Source: an uncultured Armatimonadia bacterium (GTDB taxonomy: Bacteria; Armatimonadota; Zipacnadia; CAVVLO01). Taken from it: a stretch of 64,000 nt of DNA. The stretch lies in assembly GCA_963749155.1 (NCBI GenBank), contig CAVVLO010000001.1, positions 416,001-480,000 on the forward strand, given 5' to 3'. The notes beneath the pieces were generated by a model, which saw only the letters and a program-made list of their open reading frames with translations, was not told the origin of the DNA and ran no database searches. The position numbers and the translations under genes were made by a program. Below are positions 1 through 9,454 of this stretch, piece by piece; the first letter of the stretch is position 1, and each line of letters begins with the position of its first letter.

Positions 1-3
1 GAG

Positions 4-639
4 GTGCCCTTCGACCCCCGTCTCAACCTGGCTGGCCCCTATACCCTAGAAGCCTGGGTCTGCCCGGAGCAGTTTGCCGAGGGCGGCAGCCGCCTCATCG
101 ACAAGGTCACCGCTGGCGTTGATGACGCTTATCTCTTCGACACCTACCCGAGCGCCAGCCTGCGTCTGATAACCGAGCGCGGCCATCTGCACTTCGAGGC
201 AGGCCTGCAACTGAATACCTGGGTTCACCTGGCGGCGACTTACAATCCCGAAGGAGAATTGCGTCTCTATGTTAACGGCCAGCTTGTCGCTTCAAGCCCC
301 GCTGCTCACGTTAACCTGACCACTCCGGTCCCCTGGCCCAAGGTCGGCGCCTTCTACCAACGTCTAGTAGGAGAAGGGCTTTCCGATACCTACGAGGCAG
401 CTCACGCCCGGTTGCTACTGGACTATGTGGAAGCTATGCATCAAAGAGAGAGCCTGCGCGAGGCTGGCATTCTTGCGCCTCTGCCGCCAGAATCGCAGCT
501 TGCCGCCGACAAGAGCTATGTGGATGCCGCCAACCGGCTTGTCCAGGGCCTGGCCCAGCATATGCAGGCGCTCGAAAGCTCCAAAAATCCGAGAGAAGCG
601 CAGCTTGCTGCCTTCTGGCGCGAAGCCCTGGCGGACTAG
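4..639 (+). CDS. C-terminal part of a LamG/concanavalin-like domain protein, probably starting left of the window
   Basis: LamG-type motifs YTLEAWV, WVHLAATY, LRLYVNG; stop at 637-639. Confidence 0.65.
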   Translation: MPFDPRLNLAGPYTLEAWVCPEQFAEGGSRLIDKVTAGVDDAYLFDTYPSASLRLITERGHLHFEAGLQLNTWVHLAATYNPEGELRLYVNGQLVASSPAAHVNLTTPVPWPKVGAFYQRLVGEGLSDTYEAAHARLLLDYVEAMHQRESLREAGILAPLPPESQLAADKSYVDAANRLVQGLAQHMQALESSKNPREAQLAAFWREALAD

Positions 640-859
640 CTGCTTCTTCGGAAGCCTTTCCGCGAAGCGGCTAGTGGGGGGTGCGGGGGTACTACCCCCG
701 CAGGCCGGAGCAATTCAGCAGTAGTTGGCGAAGGAGGTGCAGGGATAGAACTCTTGATACCATCGTAGAAAAATGCGGTCTTCCAGCCTGATAATCGTCC
801 TTATGCAACTCCGTGAAACGGCGCTGTCAAGCCAATTATTGGGCATCGGATTGTCCCTT

Positions 860-990
860 GTCACTTCCTCGAAACACTTTGGAAACCCCCATCCCAAACC
901 CCCTCCCACCCGGGGCTTCTAGCAACACAAGAAGCGTGCCAAAAGGCGGCTCAGCGTGCCAGTTGGCGAAAGATTTACAAAAGTTTTACT
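860..990 (-). repeat. Copy 1 (inverted) of a ~130-bp dispersed module
   Basis: Reverse complement reads GTAAAACTTTTGTAAATCTTTCGC...TGGCACGCTTCTTG...CCCGGGTGGGAGGGGGTTTGGGATGGG...AAAGTGTTTCG, matching 13855-13990 and 18707-18848. Confidence 0.85.
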
Positions 991-1134
991 GCCTGTTTCG
1001 CCCAACGGCTAGCCTCTGGTCTCGGTGGGAAGGGATCTGAGAGCTATCCAGTATGTCGCCCGACCCATGGCAGGACTGCCCCCGCCCTGCTCGAACTAAT
1101 CCTGCGTTCGGCCAACCAATCTTCGGAGGCACTT

Positions 1135-1824
1135 ATGGAGCGCTCACAACTAGTAAAACCTGGTCTTTTCTCGGTCGGTGTAGCTGCTGATAGCAGGCGC
1201 GGAGAGTTCGATTTCGGCAATGAATCGCTGGTGCTGCAGGGGATGCGCCCCGATTTCGTCTTCATCGGCGACAGTATCACCCATCTCTGGGAGCTGCAGG
1301 CCTACTTTGGCGGCACTGGGAAGGTGCTCATCAACCGCGGAATCGGTGGAGATGTCTCCACTTTCGTACGCAAGCGCTTCGAGGCCGATGTAATCCAGCT
1401 TCAGCCGAAGTGCGTCGTGATGAAGATCGGCACGAACGACCTGGGCTGGGCGCTCGAGCAGCTGAGTCCGGCCATCTCGGAGGTCATCTTCGAGAACGAT
1501 TCGGCGATGCTGGACAGGGCGAAGGCGGCGGGTATTACGATGGCGCTCTGCTCCATCCTGCCTGTCTGGGGTCCGAGCTGGTACCCTTCGGATGAGTTCT
1601 CAAAGCTCAAGAACGCCCAAATCGTGGCGCTCAACGCGAGGCTTAAGCAACTCGCCGAGGAGAAAGGTGCAATCTGGGTGGACTATCATAGTCAGATGGT
1701 AGGGGAGGACGGCCAACTGCGGCCTGAACTCGCTGATGATGGCGTACATCCGCACCACTTCGGCTACGCCATAATGGCCGATGTGCTGCGCAAGACGTTC
1801 TCCGAGCATAGTGTGACCATATAA
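1135..1824 (+). CDS. SGNH/GDSL-family hydrolase
   Basis: FIGDSIT, NRGIGG, GTND and DGVHP catalytic blocks. Confidence 0.9.
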   Translation: MERSQLVKPGLFSVGVAADSRRGEFDFGNESLVLQGMRPDFVFIGDSITHLWELQAYFGGTGKVLINRGIGGDVSTFVRKRFEADVIQLQPKCVVMKIGTNDLGWALEQLSPAISEVIFENDSAMLDRAKAAGITMALCSILPVWGPSWYPSDEFSKLKNAQIVALNARLKQLAEEKGAIWVDYHSQMVGEDGQLRPELADDGVHPHHFGYAIMADVLRKTFSEHSVTI

Positions 1825-1845
1825 AAAAACCGGCGAAGCCGCTAA

Positions 1846-1994
1846 GGGGGGTGCAGGGGGTATGATCCCCTGCGCCTTTCAGTTCTTGGTCTTCCAGCTT
1901 TGGATCTCAAACTGGTGCAGGGGTTTTTCCTGCACCCTTGCTTTTCAGCCTTTAGCCCTTACTTTTGGCGTGTTTCGGGAGCTTGCTCCCGAAA
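1846..1994. repeat. REP cluster: GGTGC(A/G)GGGG-type palindromes plus one GTGTTTCGGGAG..CTCCCGAAAC hairpin
   Basis: The same cluster layout recurs, degenerate, at 4220-4355; single GGTGC(A/G)GGGG palindromes at ~676, ~10431, ~11945, ~49709. Confidence 0.75.
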
Positions 1995-2018
1995 CTAGAA
2001 GTCGCATCCGTTGGCCTT

Positions 2019-2456
2019 TCAGCCTTCCGTCCTCGCCCGCAGTTCAGCCAGCCAACGGGTGTTGTCGCGCGCGATGAAGGCCGCCTCGCGCCCATCGCGC
2101 AGCCTGACCACGAGAAACTTGCGCCCGCCTTTCCAGTTGCCGCGGAAGGTAGTCGTCTCCTCAAGCCGCGCCACGTCTGCGAGCGGCAGTATAATTTCTC
2201 CCCCGAAAGGTTTACGGAAGATCAACCGAGCCTCAGTCAGCGCCAGCGTCCCGTCGGTCTTCACCACACCGAATCCCTGCCCAGGCGCGAAGTGGGCAAC
2301 TTCCGGCCCCAGTATCGGCGGCTCTCCACCCAGGATTAGCTCCTGCCCAAGCTGCTCCGCCTTCTTGCGAAACTGCACAGCAAGCAGCCCGAACACCAGC
2401 GCTAGTAGGGCCAGTATTACGATACTTAGGAGTATCCAGGGTGTCGCGTCCATCAC
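2019..2456 (-). CDS. Hypothetical membrane-anchored protein with a PH-like beta domain
   Basis: N-terminal TM helix; GTLALTEARLIF segment. Confidence 0.55.
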   Translation of the reverse strand: MMDATPWILLSIVILALLALVFGLLAVQFRKKAEQLGQELILGGEPPILGPEVAHFAPGQGFGVVKTDGTLALTEARLIFRKPFGGEIILPLADVARLEETTTFRGNWKGGRKFLVVRLRDGREAAFIARDNTRWLAELRARTEG

Positions 2457-2511
2457 AACTCACCAACCTAAAATGGCGTGTTGAGGGAGCTTGCTCCCGC
2501 AACCTGCCTTA

Positions 2512-3354
2512 TTAGTCTATCACCCGCGCTTCCCCATCGCCCGGATGCAGTACGAACAGTGTAACTTCCGGCCTGCACAGGAAGCGCGCGGTGGGCATGG
2601 ACATCCCCAGCCCGCGACTCACATACATCAGTGCCTGCCCCTCCCGATACCAGCCCGAGATCCACTTCGACCTGAAGAGCAGTCCCGGTATCCAGTTGCG
2701 CGGGATGGGCGGCACTAGCACCTGCCCGCCATGCGTGTGACCGACGAGCAGCAGGCACGAGCGGTCCACGAACCGCGCCGATGACTTCGGGTCATGCGCC
2801 AGCGCGATCAGCGCCGTGCCTTTGGGTACCTTATGCAGCGCCGAATCCTCATCAGGCCTGCCGCTGCTCTCATCATCAATCCCCGCCACCCAAAGGCCAG
2901 GCGACACCTCGGCGGCATCATTATCGAGCAGCTGGATTCCGTGCGCCGTCAGCGCTTCCTTCGCGTGGGAAGGTCCAGCCCAGTGGTCATGGTTACCCAG
3001 CACGGCGAACGCGCCAAGTCGAGTCTGCACCTGCGCAAGCAGCGCCGCAGAGGGCTCATAATCTCTCTTGTCCTGCCCAGCATAGTCACCTGTCAGCACC
3101 AGCAGGTCGGGGCTGGTCGAGTTCGCCATCGCCACCCCGTGCGCGATCAGCGAATCCGACAGGCGCGTATGACGATGCGGGTCGGTTATCTGGCAGACGC
3201 GCAGACCGTCCAGTTCCGCCGGTAAGCCCGGCAGAGCTATATCATAGGTGGTTAGCTGAGGGTGGCGCGGCTCCCACCAGAGGGCATCTCCCGCCAGCAG
3301 GGCTACCATGACGAGGACTACTGCCACCAGAACGCGACGCTTCTGGCCTCTCAT
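2512..3354 (-). CDS. Calcineurin-like metallophosphoesterase (YkuE-like), copy 2
   Basis: ITDPH, LTGD, LGNHD, GHTHGGQ motifs; ATG at 3354 followed by a TM helix. Confidence 0.85.
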   Translation of the reverse strand: MRGQKRRVLVAVVLVMVALLAGDALWWEPRHPQLTTYDIALPGLPAELDGLRVCQITDPHRHTRLSDSLIAHGVAMANSTSPDLLVLTGDYAGQDKRDYEPSAALLAQVQTRLGAFAVLGNHDHWAGPSHAKEALTAHGIQLLDNDAAEVSPGLWVAGIDDESSGRPDEDSALHKVPKGTALIALAHDPKSSARFVDRSCLLLVGHTHGGQVLVPPIPRNWIPGLLFRSKWISGWYREGQALMYVSRGLGMSMPTARFLCRPEVTLFVLHPGDGEARVID

Positions 3355-4207
3355 TGCTGCACCTGGGGCTCGCCCTGCCCCGGATGCAGCACGATAAAGT
3401 GTAACTTCTGACCGGCACAGGAAGCGCACAGTTGGAGTTACCATCCCAAGTCCCCGATTCACATACAGCAGCGCCTTGCCTTCCTGATACCAGCCCTCCA
3501 CCCACTTCGAGCCCAGCAGCCCAGGCAGCTTGTTGCGGGGGATGGGCGGAAGTTGCACCTGCCCGCCGTGGGTGTGGCCCGAGATAATCAGACAGGGCAC
3601 CTTCAAAAATCGCTTCGAGGACTTCGGGTTATGCGCCAGCACGACCAGCGCCTGCCCGGGAGGTATTCCTGCAAGAGTCCTGGCTTCGTCAGGCTTGCCC
3701 GCCCATTCATCGTCGATGCCCGCAAGCCACAGTCCAGGCGCGAGCTCGACGTTCGAGTTGTCCAGCAAGGGGAGGTTATGCGCTCGCAGTGCCAGCTCCG
3801 TATGTTCGCGCCCGGCCCAATGGTCGTGGTTGCCCAGTACCGCGAAGCTGCCCAGCCGCCCCCGTGCCTCTGAAAGCAACGCCACACAAGGCTCATAGTT
3901 TTCCGGATCGCGCCCCGCGAAATCTCCAGTCAGCACGACCACATCGGGATTGGCGGAATTTGCCAACTCGACGGCCCGGCGGATTACTGGATCAAAGCTG
4001 GCGCTTCGCCTGTGCGGATCACTTATCTGAAATATCCGAAATCCGTCCAGTTCAGACCGGCAGCCCAGGCAACGCCACATCGTAGGTCGTTAGCTGAGGG
4101 TGACGCGGCTCCCACCAGAAGGCATCCACCGAGGCCAGCGCGAAGCAGATGACAAACGCCACCAGCAATAGCGCGCAACTGCATCTCGGTTTCTTCCGCT
4201 CTGCCAT
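3351..4207 (-). CDS. Calcineurin-like metallophosphoesterase (YkuE-like), copy 1; apparent frameshifts at ~4060 and ~3397
   Basis: ATG 4207 with GGAG RBS; ISDPH, LTGD, LGNHD, GHTHGGQ; alternative frame ends IVLHPGQGEPQVQQ* with ATGA overlap into copy 2. Confidence 0.8.
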
Positions 4208-4361
4208 CTTCACTCCAAGGCCGAAGCCGCTAATGGGGGTGCGGGGGTACTACCCCCGCGAGGTTTGTCCGTAACTGGTGCAGGGGCTTTATCCTGCACC
4301 CTTGTATTTCAGCCTTTAGTCGTTACCTTTGGCGTGTGGGAGCTTGTTTCCAAAACAACCC

Positions 4362-4910
4362 CTAATTGTCCCTCGTTGCCCCTTCGACGAGTGGCAGGAA
4401 CATCCCGCGCTCCCATTCCGTCTCGCCGCTGGCGGTCTGGTACTCTACCTTGCCAAAATACTCAAAACCCAGCTTCTGATACAGGTGGAAAGCCCTGTCA
4501 TTATCGGGCATACAGGTTAGTTCGATGCCGCGCTTGCCCAGCCGCCGCCCGTCCTCGATGAGCTGGTTCATGAAGAGATGCCCAAGCCCCTCGTTCTGCC
4601 AGTCATCTGCGACACCGATGCCCAGCACTGGTACCGGTGCGCCGATGTTCCAGAGGAAGAAGTACCCGACGACAGTCTCACCATCGAAGCCCAGATACAG
4701 CCAGTCCTCGCCGCGCTCGCCCCGCGCCAGCCGTTCGGTGATGACCTCTGGCTCATAGCCATGCGGATGGAAGCAATGCCACGACCGCTCCGAAAGGCCC
4801 ATCAGGAAAGACCTCAGCCCCTCTGCATCCGCCGATGTCGCCCTGCGGACCCAAATTACTCGCCCACCGCGCAGCGTCAGCTCACCCTCAAAACCTGTGT
4901 AGTCACTCAC
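4362..4910 (-). CDS. GNAT-family N-acetyltransferase
   Basis: VADDWQNEGLG acetyl-CoA motif; NDRAFHLYQKLGF. Confidence 0.85.
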   Translation of the reverse strand: MSDYTGFEGELTLRGGRVIWVRRATSADAEGLRSFLMGLSERSWHCFHPHGYEPEVITERLARGERGEDWLYLGFDGETVVGYFFLWNIGAPVPVLGIGVADDWQNEGLGHLFMNQLIEDGRRLGKRGIELTCMPDNDRAFHLYQKLGFEYFGKVEYQTASGETEWERGMFLPLVEGATRDN

Positions 4911-4947
4911 TCGGCTCCCTCCATCAGATAGCAACATCTCTCGTCCA

Positions 4948-5103
4948 GTTGGTGTTTCGGGGACTTCAGCCCCGAAACCAACGCCTCCTCTGGCTCCGCC
5001 CTTGGCCTGGTTTCGGCACTAAAGTGACCGAAACACCAGGCCGGAGTTCGAACTCCTAGGCCTTGCCAGTTGGTGTTTCGGGGACTTCAGCCCCGAAACC
5101 AAC
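4948..5103. repeat. REP triplet A-B-A on the 3' side of RAYT1
   Basis: A = GTTGGTGTTTCGGGGACTTCAGCCCCGAAACCAAC at 4948-4982 and 5069-5103; inverted sister hairpin B = CCTGGTTTCGGCACTAAAGTGACCGAAACACCAGG at 5006-5040. Confidence 0.9.
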
Positions 5104-5113
5104 GTCGCTGCCA

Positions 5114-5638
5114 TCACAGCCCCAGGCTTGGGTCTACGGGGAGCAGTCCCTGCTCGCCATACTCGTAGAAGCGGAAGCTTGACCATGGCCAGTCAGCAGG
5201 CTCGATAACCAGTCCGCGTCGGACGGGATTGAAATGTATGTAATCCACCTTCTCACCCAGTTTGCGGCTCGTTTCCAGCCCAAGTGTGCGGGCTTGCTCC
5301 TTCCAGAACCGCACTTCGCCAGAACCAGCCAACCGGGAAAGTCCCGCCTCGTCGCCATCCGCCCTCAGCCTGGCCAGGACCAGGCGCGCGCTCCGCCCCC
5401 TCCATAGCTGGTTGAACCTGTGAAGCCGGCCTTCTTCAGGAAGGTACACCACCAGATGCAGATGCTCAGGCATCACGACCCAGGCCAGTAGTGAGGCACT
5501 GCACTCGGTAAGTGTCTCCCCCAGCGCTTCGCACACGATGGAGCGGACTTCCACTCGTTCCAGGAGGGGAGCCCAGAAGGCGACTGTACCAGTGATGAAG
5601 TACACTCCAGCTCCAGAGTCTACGTTCTTCCACTTCAT
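5114..5638 (-). CDS. rayT: REP-associated tyrosine transposase (RAYT/TnpA-REP, HUH Y1 family) 1
   Basis: YFITGTV, HUH motif MPEHLHL, YIHFNPVRRGLV, WPWSS; flanked by REP hairpins. Confidence 0.92.
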   Translation of the reverse strand: MKWKNVDSGAGVYFITGTVAFWAPLLERVEVRSIVCEALGETLTECSASLLAWVVMPEHLHLVVYLPEEGRLHRFNQLWRGRSARLVLARLRADGDEAGLSRLAGSGEVRFWKEQARTLGLETSRKLGEKVDYIHFNPVRRGLVIEPADWPWSSFRFYEYGEQGLLPVDPSLGL

Positions 5639-5654
5639 TGGCGCCTCTTCCCGC

Positions 5655-5809
5655 GTTGGTGTTTCGGGGACTTCAGCCCCGAAACCAACAATTCTTCTCG
5701 TTCCGCCCTTGGCCTGGTTTCGGCACTAAAGTGGCCGAAACACCAGGCTTGAGTTCGACTCTTGCGCTTCCCGTGTTGGTGTTTCGGGGACTTTAGCCCC
5801 GAAACCAAC
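5655..5809. repeat. REP triplet A-B-A on the 5' side of RAYT1
   Basis: A at 5655-5689 and 5775-5809; B at 5713-5747. Confidence 0.9.
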
Positions 5810-5817
5810 GAGCTTCC

Positions 5818-6588
5818 TTACCCCTTCCTCAACAGGCCCGACAGTGGCCTGAATAGACCATCCAGCGGCAGTGACTCCTCGCGCAACTCGCCGCGTAACC
5901 AGTACACTCGATACCCCGCCGCCCCCTCGCGCGAGGTCAGCAACCGCCACTCTCCATCAATAATTTCCAGTGCACAGCAGTCGTCCAGCGCGAGCCCCAC
6001 CCCTGCCGTCGTGCGCATTATCCGCGCAAGCTCCGGGCGGCGGTCTTTCTCGGAATCATAATGAGGGCACATCGTCGCCCCGACCAGCCCGAGCGCTCGC
6101 ACCCGGATAAGCCCGCGCGCCGGATTTACTTGCCTGGCGGAACTGCTGCATCCGAACCGGAACCAGCAGATAGCCCCCGCCGAGAGCCCGCTCATAACCG
6201 CGCCGCGGCGCCACGCCACCGCAAGCAACGCATCCAGCCCATGCTTGCGCCAGGCTTGCATCAGCCGCATGGTGTTGCCCCCGCCCACATAGACTGCGTC
6301 AGCCTTCGCAACCTTCTGAGCCAGATCTCCTGCTTCGCCTGGTCTCTTCCCGAACAGCTTCGCCAGGTCGCAAGCGCAACCCAGCAGCTTGCCATACTGA
6401 TGTCTAAAGCTCTCCCAATAACGCTCTGAGTCTCCGCTTGCCGTGGGAAGAAACAACACACGCGGCCGGCCTTTCCCCGTCAGCCGCGTGACGTGTTCAT
6501 CTAGTGCCATCGTGGTAGAGGAGAGCCCAACCCCACCGAGCTCCCCTCCCCCGATAGCAAAAATCCGCCGGGTTGGTCTCCCGCTCAG
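5818..6588 (-). CDS. Peptidase E (S51, class I glutamine amidotransferase fold)
   Basis: FLPTASGD, YVGGGNT, GLSAGA nucleophile, CPHY; frame is open upstream of 6510 through IFAIGGG. Confidence 0.85.
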   Translation of the reverse strand: MSGRPTRRIFAIGGGELGGVGLSSTTMALDEHVTRLTGKGRPRVLFLPTASGDSERYWESFRHQYGKLLGCACDLAKLFGKRPGEAGDLAQKVAKADAVYVGGGNTMRLMQAWRKHGLDALLAVAWRRGAVMSGLSAGAICWFRFGCSSSARQVNPARGLIRVRALGLVGATMCPHYDSEKDRRPELARIMRTTAGVGLALDDCCALEIIDGEWRLLTSREGAAGYRVYWLRGELREESLPLDGLFRPLSGLLRKG

Positions 6589-7625
6589 AAGTACACCCGC
6601 TTGCCCTGCTGGTTCGATTCATAGCAGGCCAGCATCATCCGCAGCACGTCCCGCCCTTCCCGCGCGCTTGCAATCGGCCCGCGTTTGCCGTGGAAGAAAT
6701 CCGAAAGCGGTTCCGCCAGCCCTGCGATACGTACACCCTGGTGGGCGACCTCTGGTACATCCGGGACAGTCCAGTTGCCATCTTTTGCCAGGTAATACTT
6801 TAACTGGATGGCCCCCTCCGGCCGCGGGATGCCGCTGCTCGGGCCATCGCCATAGTTGCCGATGATGCAACCGTTTTCGCAATGGATCTCCAGGTTGTTC
6901 TCCCCGCCCACTTCGACGAAGGTGCTGGACACCTCGCCAATTCTGCCGTCCGCATAGCGGAACAGTGCGATACCGTTATCGTTGGGGATCTTCGGGTTCA
7001 GCACCGTGGTCATCTCGCAACTCACGCTGACGGGCATCCCCATCATCCAGTAGATGAAATCCATCGGGTGCGAGGCGTCATCGGCGAAGATGTCGCGGTT
7101 CATCGCCGGGTCCACATGCCAGGTGGTCTCGAAATTGCCCATCGCCTGCGTGGTGAGGCAGTGACGCCGCCTGATCATCCACACGCGCCCAAACTCGCCG
7201 CTCTGGACGAGTTCCTTCGCCTTCACATTATGCGGATCAACGCGCATCTGCCAGGCCATCGTGAAGGGCACGCCTGCCTTCTCGACGGCGGCTACGATGC
7301 GGTCGGCCTGGTCCATCTCGAGCGCCATCGGCTTCTGCAGGCTAATCATCTTGCCCGCTGCCGCGGCCAGTTCGACCATATCAGCGTGATAGGCCGTCTC
7401 GGCCGAGATATGCACCGCGTCGATGTCATCGCGCGCGAGCAGCGCCTCGGCTGAGTCCATTACTTCCATACCGTTGGCCTCGCAACTGGTTTTGGCGCGT
7501 TCGGCGTCATGATCCCAGCCCGCGACCGCCTTCATCGCCAGTTCTGGGCGCTCTCTCCACTGACCCAGATATGCGAATACATGCCCGTGCGCGAGTCCCA
7601 GCACTCCGATCCTGATCTCGTCCAT
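6585..7625 (-). CDS. Gfo/Idh/MocA-family oxidoreductase
   Basis: IGVLGLAHGH, LQKPMA, DDASHPMD. Confidence 0.88.
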   Translation of the reverse strand: MDEIRIGVLGLAHGHVFAYLGQWRERPELAMKAVAGWDHDAERAKTSCEANGMEVMDSAEALLARDDIDAVHISAETAYHADMVELAAAAGKMISLQKPMALEMDQADRIVAAVEKAGVPFTMAWQMRVDPHNVKAKELVQSGEFGRVWMIRRRHCLTTQAMGNFETTWHVDPAMNRDIFADDASHPMDFIYWMMGMPVSVSCEMTTVLNPKIPNDNGIALFRYADGRIGEVSSTFVEVGGENNLEIHCENGCIIGNYGDGPSSGIPRPEGAIQLKYYLAKDGNWTVPDVPEVAHQGVRIAGLAEPLSDFFHGKRGPIASAREGRDVLRMMLACYESNQQGKRVYF

Positions 7626-7685
7626 CTGTCTCCCTGCCTGTATAAGTAAACTAGGTGCAATACTCTTGTAACCAATCTCATTGTG

Positions 7686-7780
7686 TTTGTGTTTCGGGAG
7701 TCTTCGCTCCCGAAACCATGGTCCACAGCCCCGCTCTGCCTTTGTGTTTCGGGAGTCTTCGCTCCCGAAACCATGGTCCA
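7686..7780. repeat. Two REP-C hairpins within a 40-bp direct repeat (period 55) on the 3' side of RAYT2
   Basis: TTTGTGTTTCGGGAGTCTTCGCTCCCGAAACCATGGTCCA at 7686-7725 and 7741-7780. Confidence 0.9.
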
Positions 7781-7798
7781 TGGTGGGCATCTAGCCCC

Positions 7799-8335
7799 TC
7801 AGAGTAGCAGGCTCGGGTCAACTGGCAGCAGCCCCGGTTCGTCAGTCGAATAAAATCCGAAGCTTGACCAAGGCCACTCTTCTTCAGTGTCGACCAGGCC
7901 TCGCCGGATAGGGTTGGCGTGGATATAAGCAAGCTTCTGCTCGAGTTTCAATTCACCTTCCAGCGCCAGTGCCCTCACCTGCTCCTTCCAGAAGGCATAC
8001 TTCCCGCCCGAATGGGCATGTTCGGCCAGGACTGCCAGCGTCGTCTTGTCACCTTCACACTGCAGCACCTGCAGGCAGCGCCACGCGCTCTGACCGCGCC
8101 ACAGGCGGTTAAATCTGTGCAGCAACCCGCCGTCAGGCAGGTAGACGACAAAGTGGAGATGGTCAGGCATGAACACATAAGCCAGCAGAGACGCTTCGCA
8201 TCGGGTGAGCGCAGCTTCGATCGCCTCACAGACCACTTCACGGATACTAGGACGCTCCAGCAAGGGCATCCATTCAGTGACTGTACCTGTGATGAAGTAG
8301 CATCCTGCCCCGAGGTCCAAATTCTTCCACTTCAT
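7799..8335 (-). CDS. rayT: REP-associated tyrosine transposase (RAYT) 2, paralog of RAYT1
   Basis: MKWKN start, YFITGTV, MPDHLHF, YIHANPIRRGLV, WPWSS. Confidence 0.92.
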   Translation of the reverse strand: MKWKNLDLGAGCYFITGTVTEWMPLLERPSIREVVCEAIEAALTRCEASLLAYVFMPDHLHFVVYLPDGGLLHRFNRLWRGQSAWRCLQVLQCEGDKTTLAVLAEHAHSGGKYAFWKEQVRALALEGELKLEQKLAYIHANPIRRGLVDTEEEWPWSSFGFYSTDEPGLLPVDPSLLL

Positions 8336-8356
8336 TGGCAGTTACCTTGCCCTTGA

Positions 8357-8510
8357 TGTTTCGGGAGTCTCTGCTCCCGAAACCACGGTTCACTCCGCCC
8401 TTCCCGAAACCATGGCGCCACACCATGCCCTTCCCGAAGCCACGGCTCACATCCCGCCCTTGGTGTTTTGAAAGTCTGTTTGGTTTCGGGAGCGAAGACT
8501 CCCGAAACAT
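8357..8510. repeat. Inverted REP-C pair enclosing half-REP fragments, 5' side of RAYT2
   Basis: REP-C at 8357-8384, inverted copy at 8482-8510; GCCCTTCCCGAA(A/G)CCA half sites at ~8397 and ~8427. Confidence 0.85.
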
Positions 8511-8568
8511 AAATTGTGAGCACTGCAGCTGCCTTAGTTGGCGTCTTCTGGGTGGTTCTTGCCCACTC

Positions 8569-9333
8569 TCACGCCTTCACTTCATACCCTTTGTCCCTGA
8601 GGAAATCCTTCAAATCGGGTATGGCGATCATCCCGAAGTGGAAGACCGACGCCGCGAGCAGCACGGTCGCGCCAGCCTCGGCCGCTTCGGCGAAATGCTC
8701 CAGCGTGCCCGCGCCGCCCGAGGCCACGATGGGCACGTCGGTCAAAGCGGCCAGCGCGCGAAGGAGGGGCAACTCGTAGCCCGTCTTCGCCCCATCGCCC
8801 GCCTTGCTGGTCGGCAGCAGGCAGCCCACCCCATACCCCAGCGCCTGTTTCGACCACTCTACGGCGTCAGCGCCCGTCGCGGTCCGTCCGCCATCGATGT
8901 AGACCTCATAGCCCGAGGGCATCGCGCTGTTCTGATCCACGTCTATTGCGATCGTAACGCGGTCCGAGCCAAACTCCTTCACCATCTCGCCGAGGACTTC
9001 AGGCTTGCGGAACGCCGCGCTGCTCGTGGAGATCTTGTTCGCCCCCGCCTCCAGCACTCGCCCCGCTGTTGCGACATCCGAGATGCCTCCACCGACCGTG
9101 AACGGCACGGTGGTGACGACCGCAACGCGCCGCACGACCTCGAGCATCGTCTCGCGTCCCTCGACCGTCGCTGTGATGTCCAGCAACGCGAGTTCATCCG
9201 CCCCCGCTTTGCAGTATGCTTGCGCCGACTCGACGGGATCGCCCGCATCGCGGATATCCACAAAATGGATGCCCTTGACCACGCGCCCGTTCTGCATATC
9301 CAGGCACGGCATTATGGAAATGCTTTTTGCCAT
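8569..9333 (-). CDS. hisF: Imidazole glycerol phosphate synthase cyclase subunit
   Basis: IMPCLD..GRVVKG, GADELALLDITA, PFTVGGGI, PIVASGGAG, LAASVFHFG. Confidence 0.92.
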   Translation of the reverse strand: MAKSISIMPCLDMQNGRVVKGIHFVDIRDAGDPVESAQAYCKAGADELALLDITATVEGRETMLEVVRRVAVVTTVPFTVGGGISDVATAGRVLEAGANKISTSSAAFRKPEVLGEMVKEFGSDRVTIAIDVDQNSAMPSGYEVYIDGGRTATGADAVEWSKQALGYGVGCLLPTSKAGDGAKTGYELPLLRALAALTDVPIVASGGAGTLEHFAEAAEAGATVLLAASVFHFGMIAIPDLKDFLRDKGYEVKA

Positions 9334-9454
9334 AAGTCCACCCTCCCAAAGCGTTTTGCCTAGTTTGGCTTGCGGCGACCTTTCTCCTGCCGCAGGAGCC
9401 GGGGCTCTCCTGGCGAATCCCCACTGCGACTTGGACCTCGGGAGGTATTCCTTA

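Noticed and set aside
2512..4080. 522-aa double-domain phosphoesterase fusion
   Set aside because: Removing one T near 3397 gives two ATGA-coupled paralogs, each with its own N-terminal TM helix
5114..8335. IS200/IS605 elements or a composite transposon carrying peptidase E and the oxidoreductase
   Set aside because: No tnpB; multiple flanking REPs and the NPxRxGL/WPWSS motifs indicate RAYTs; each gene has its own distinct REP set on both sides
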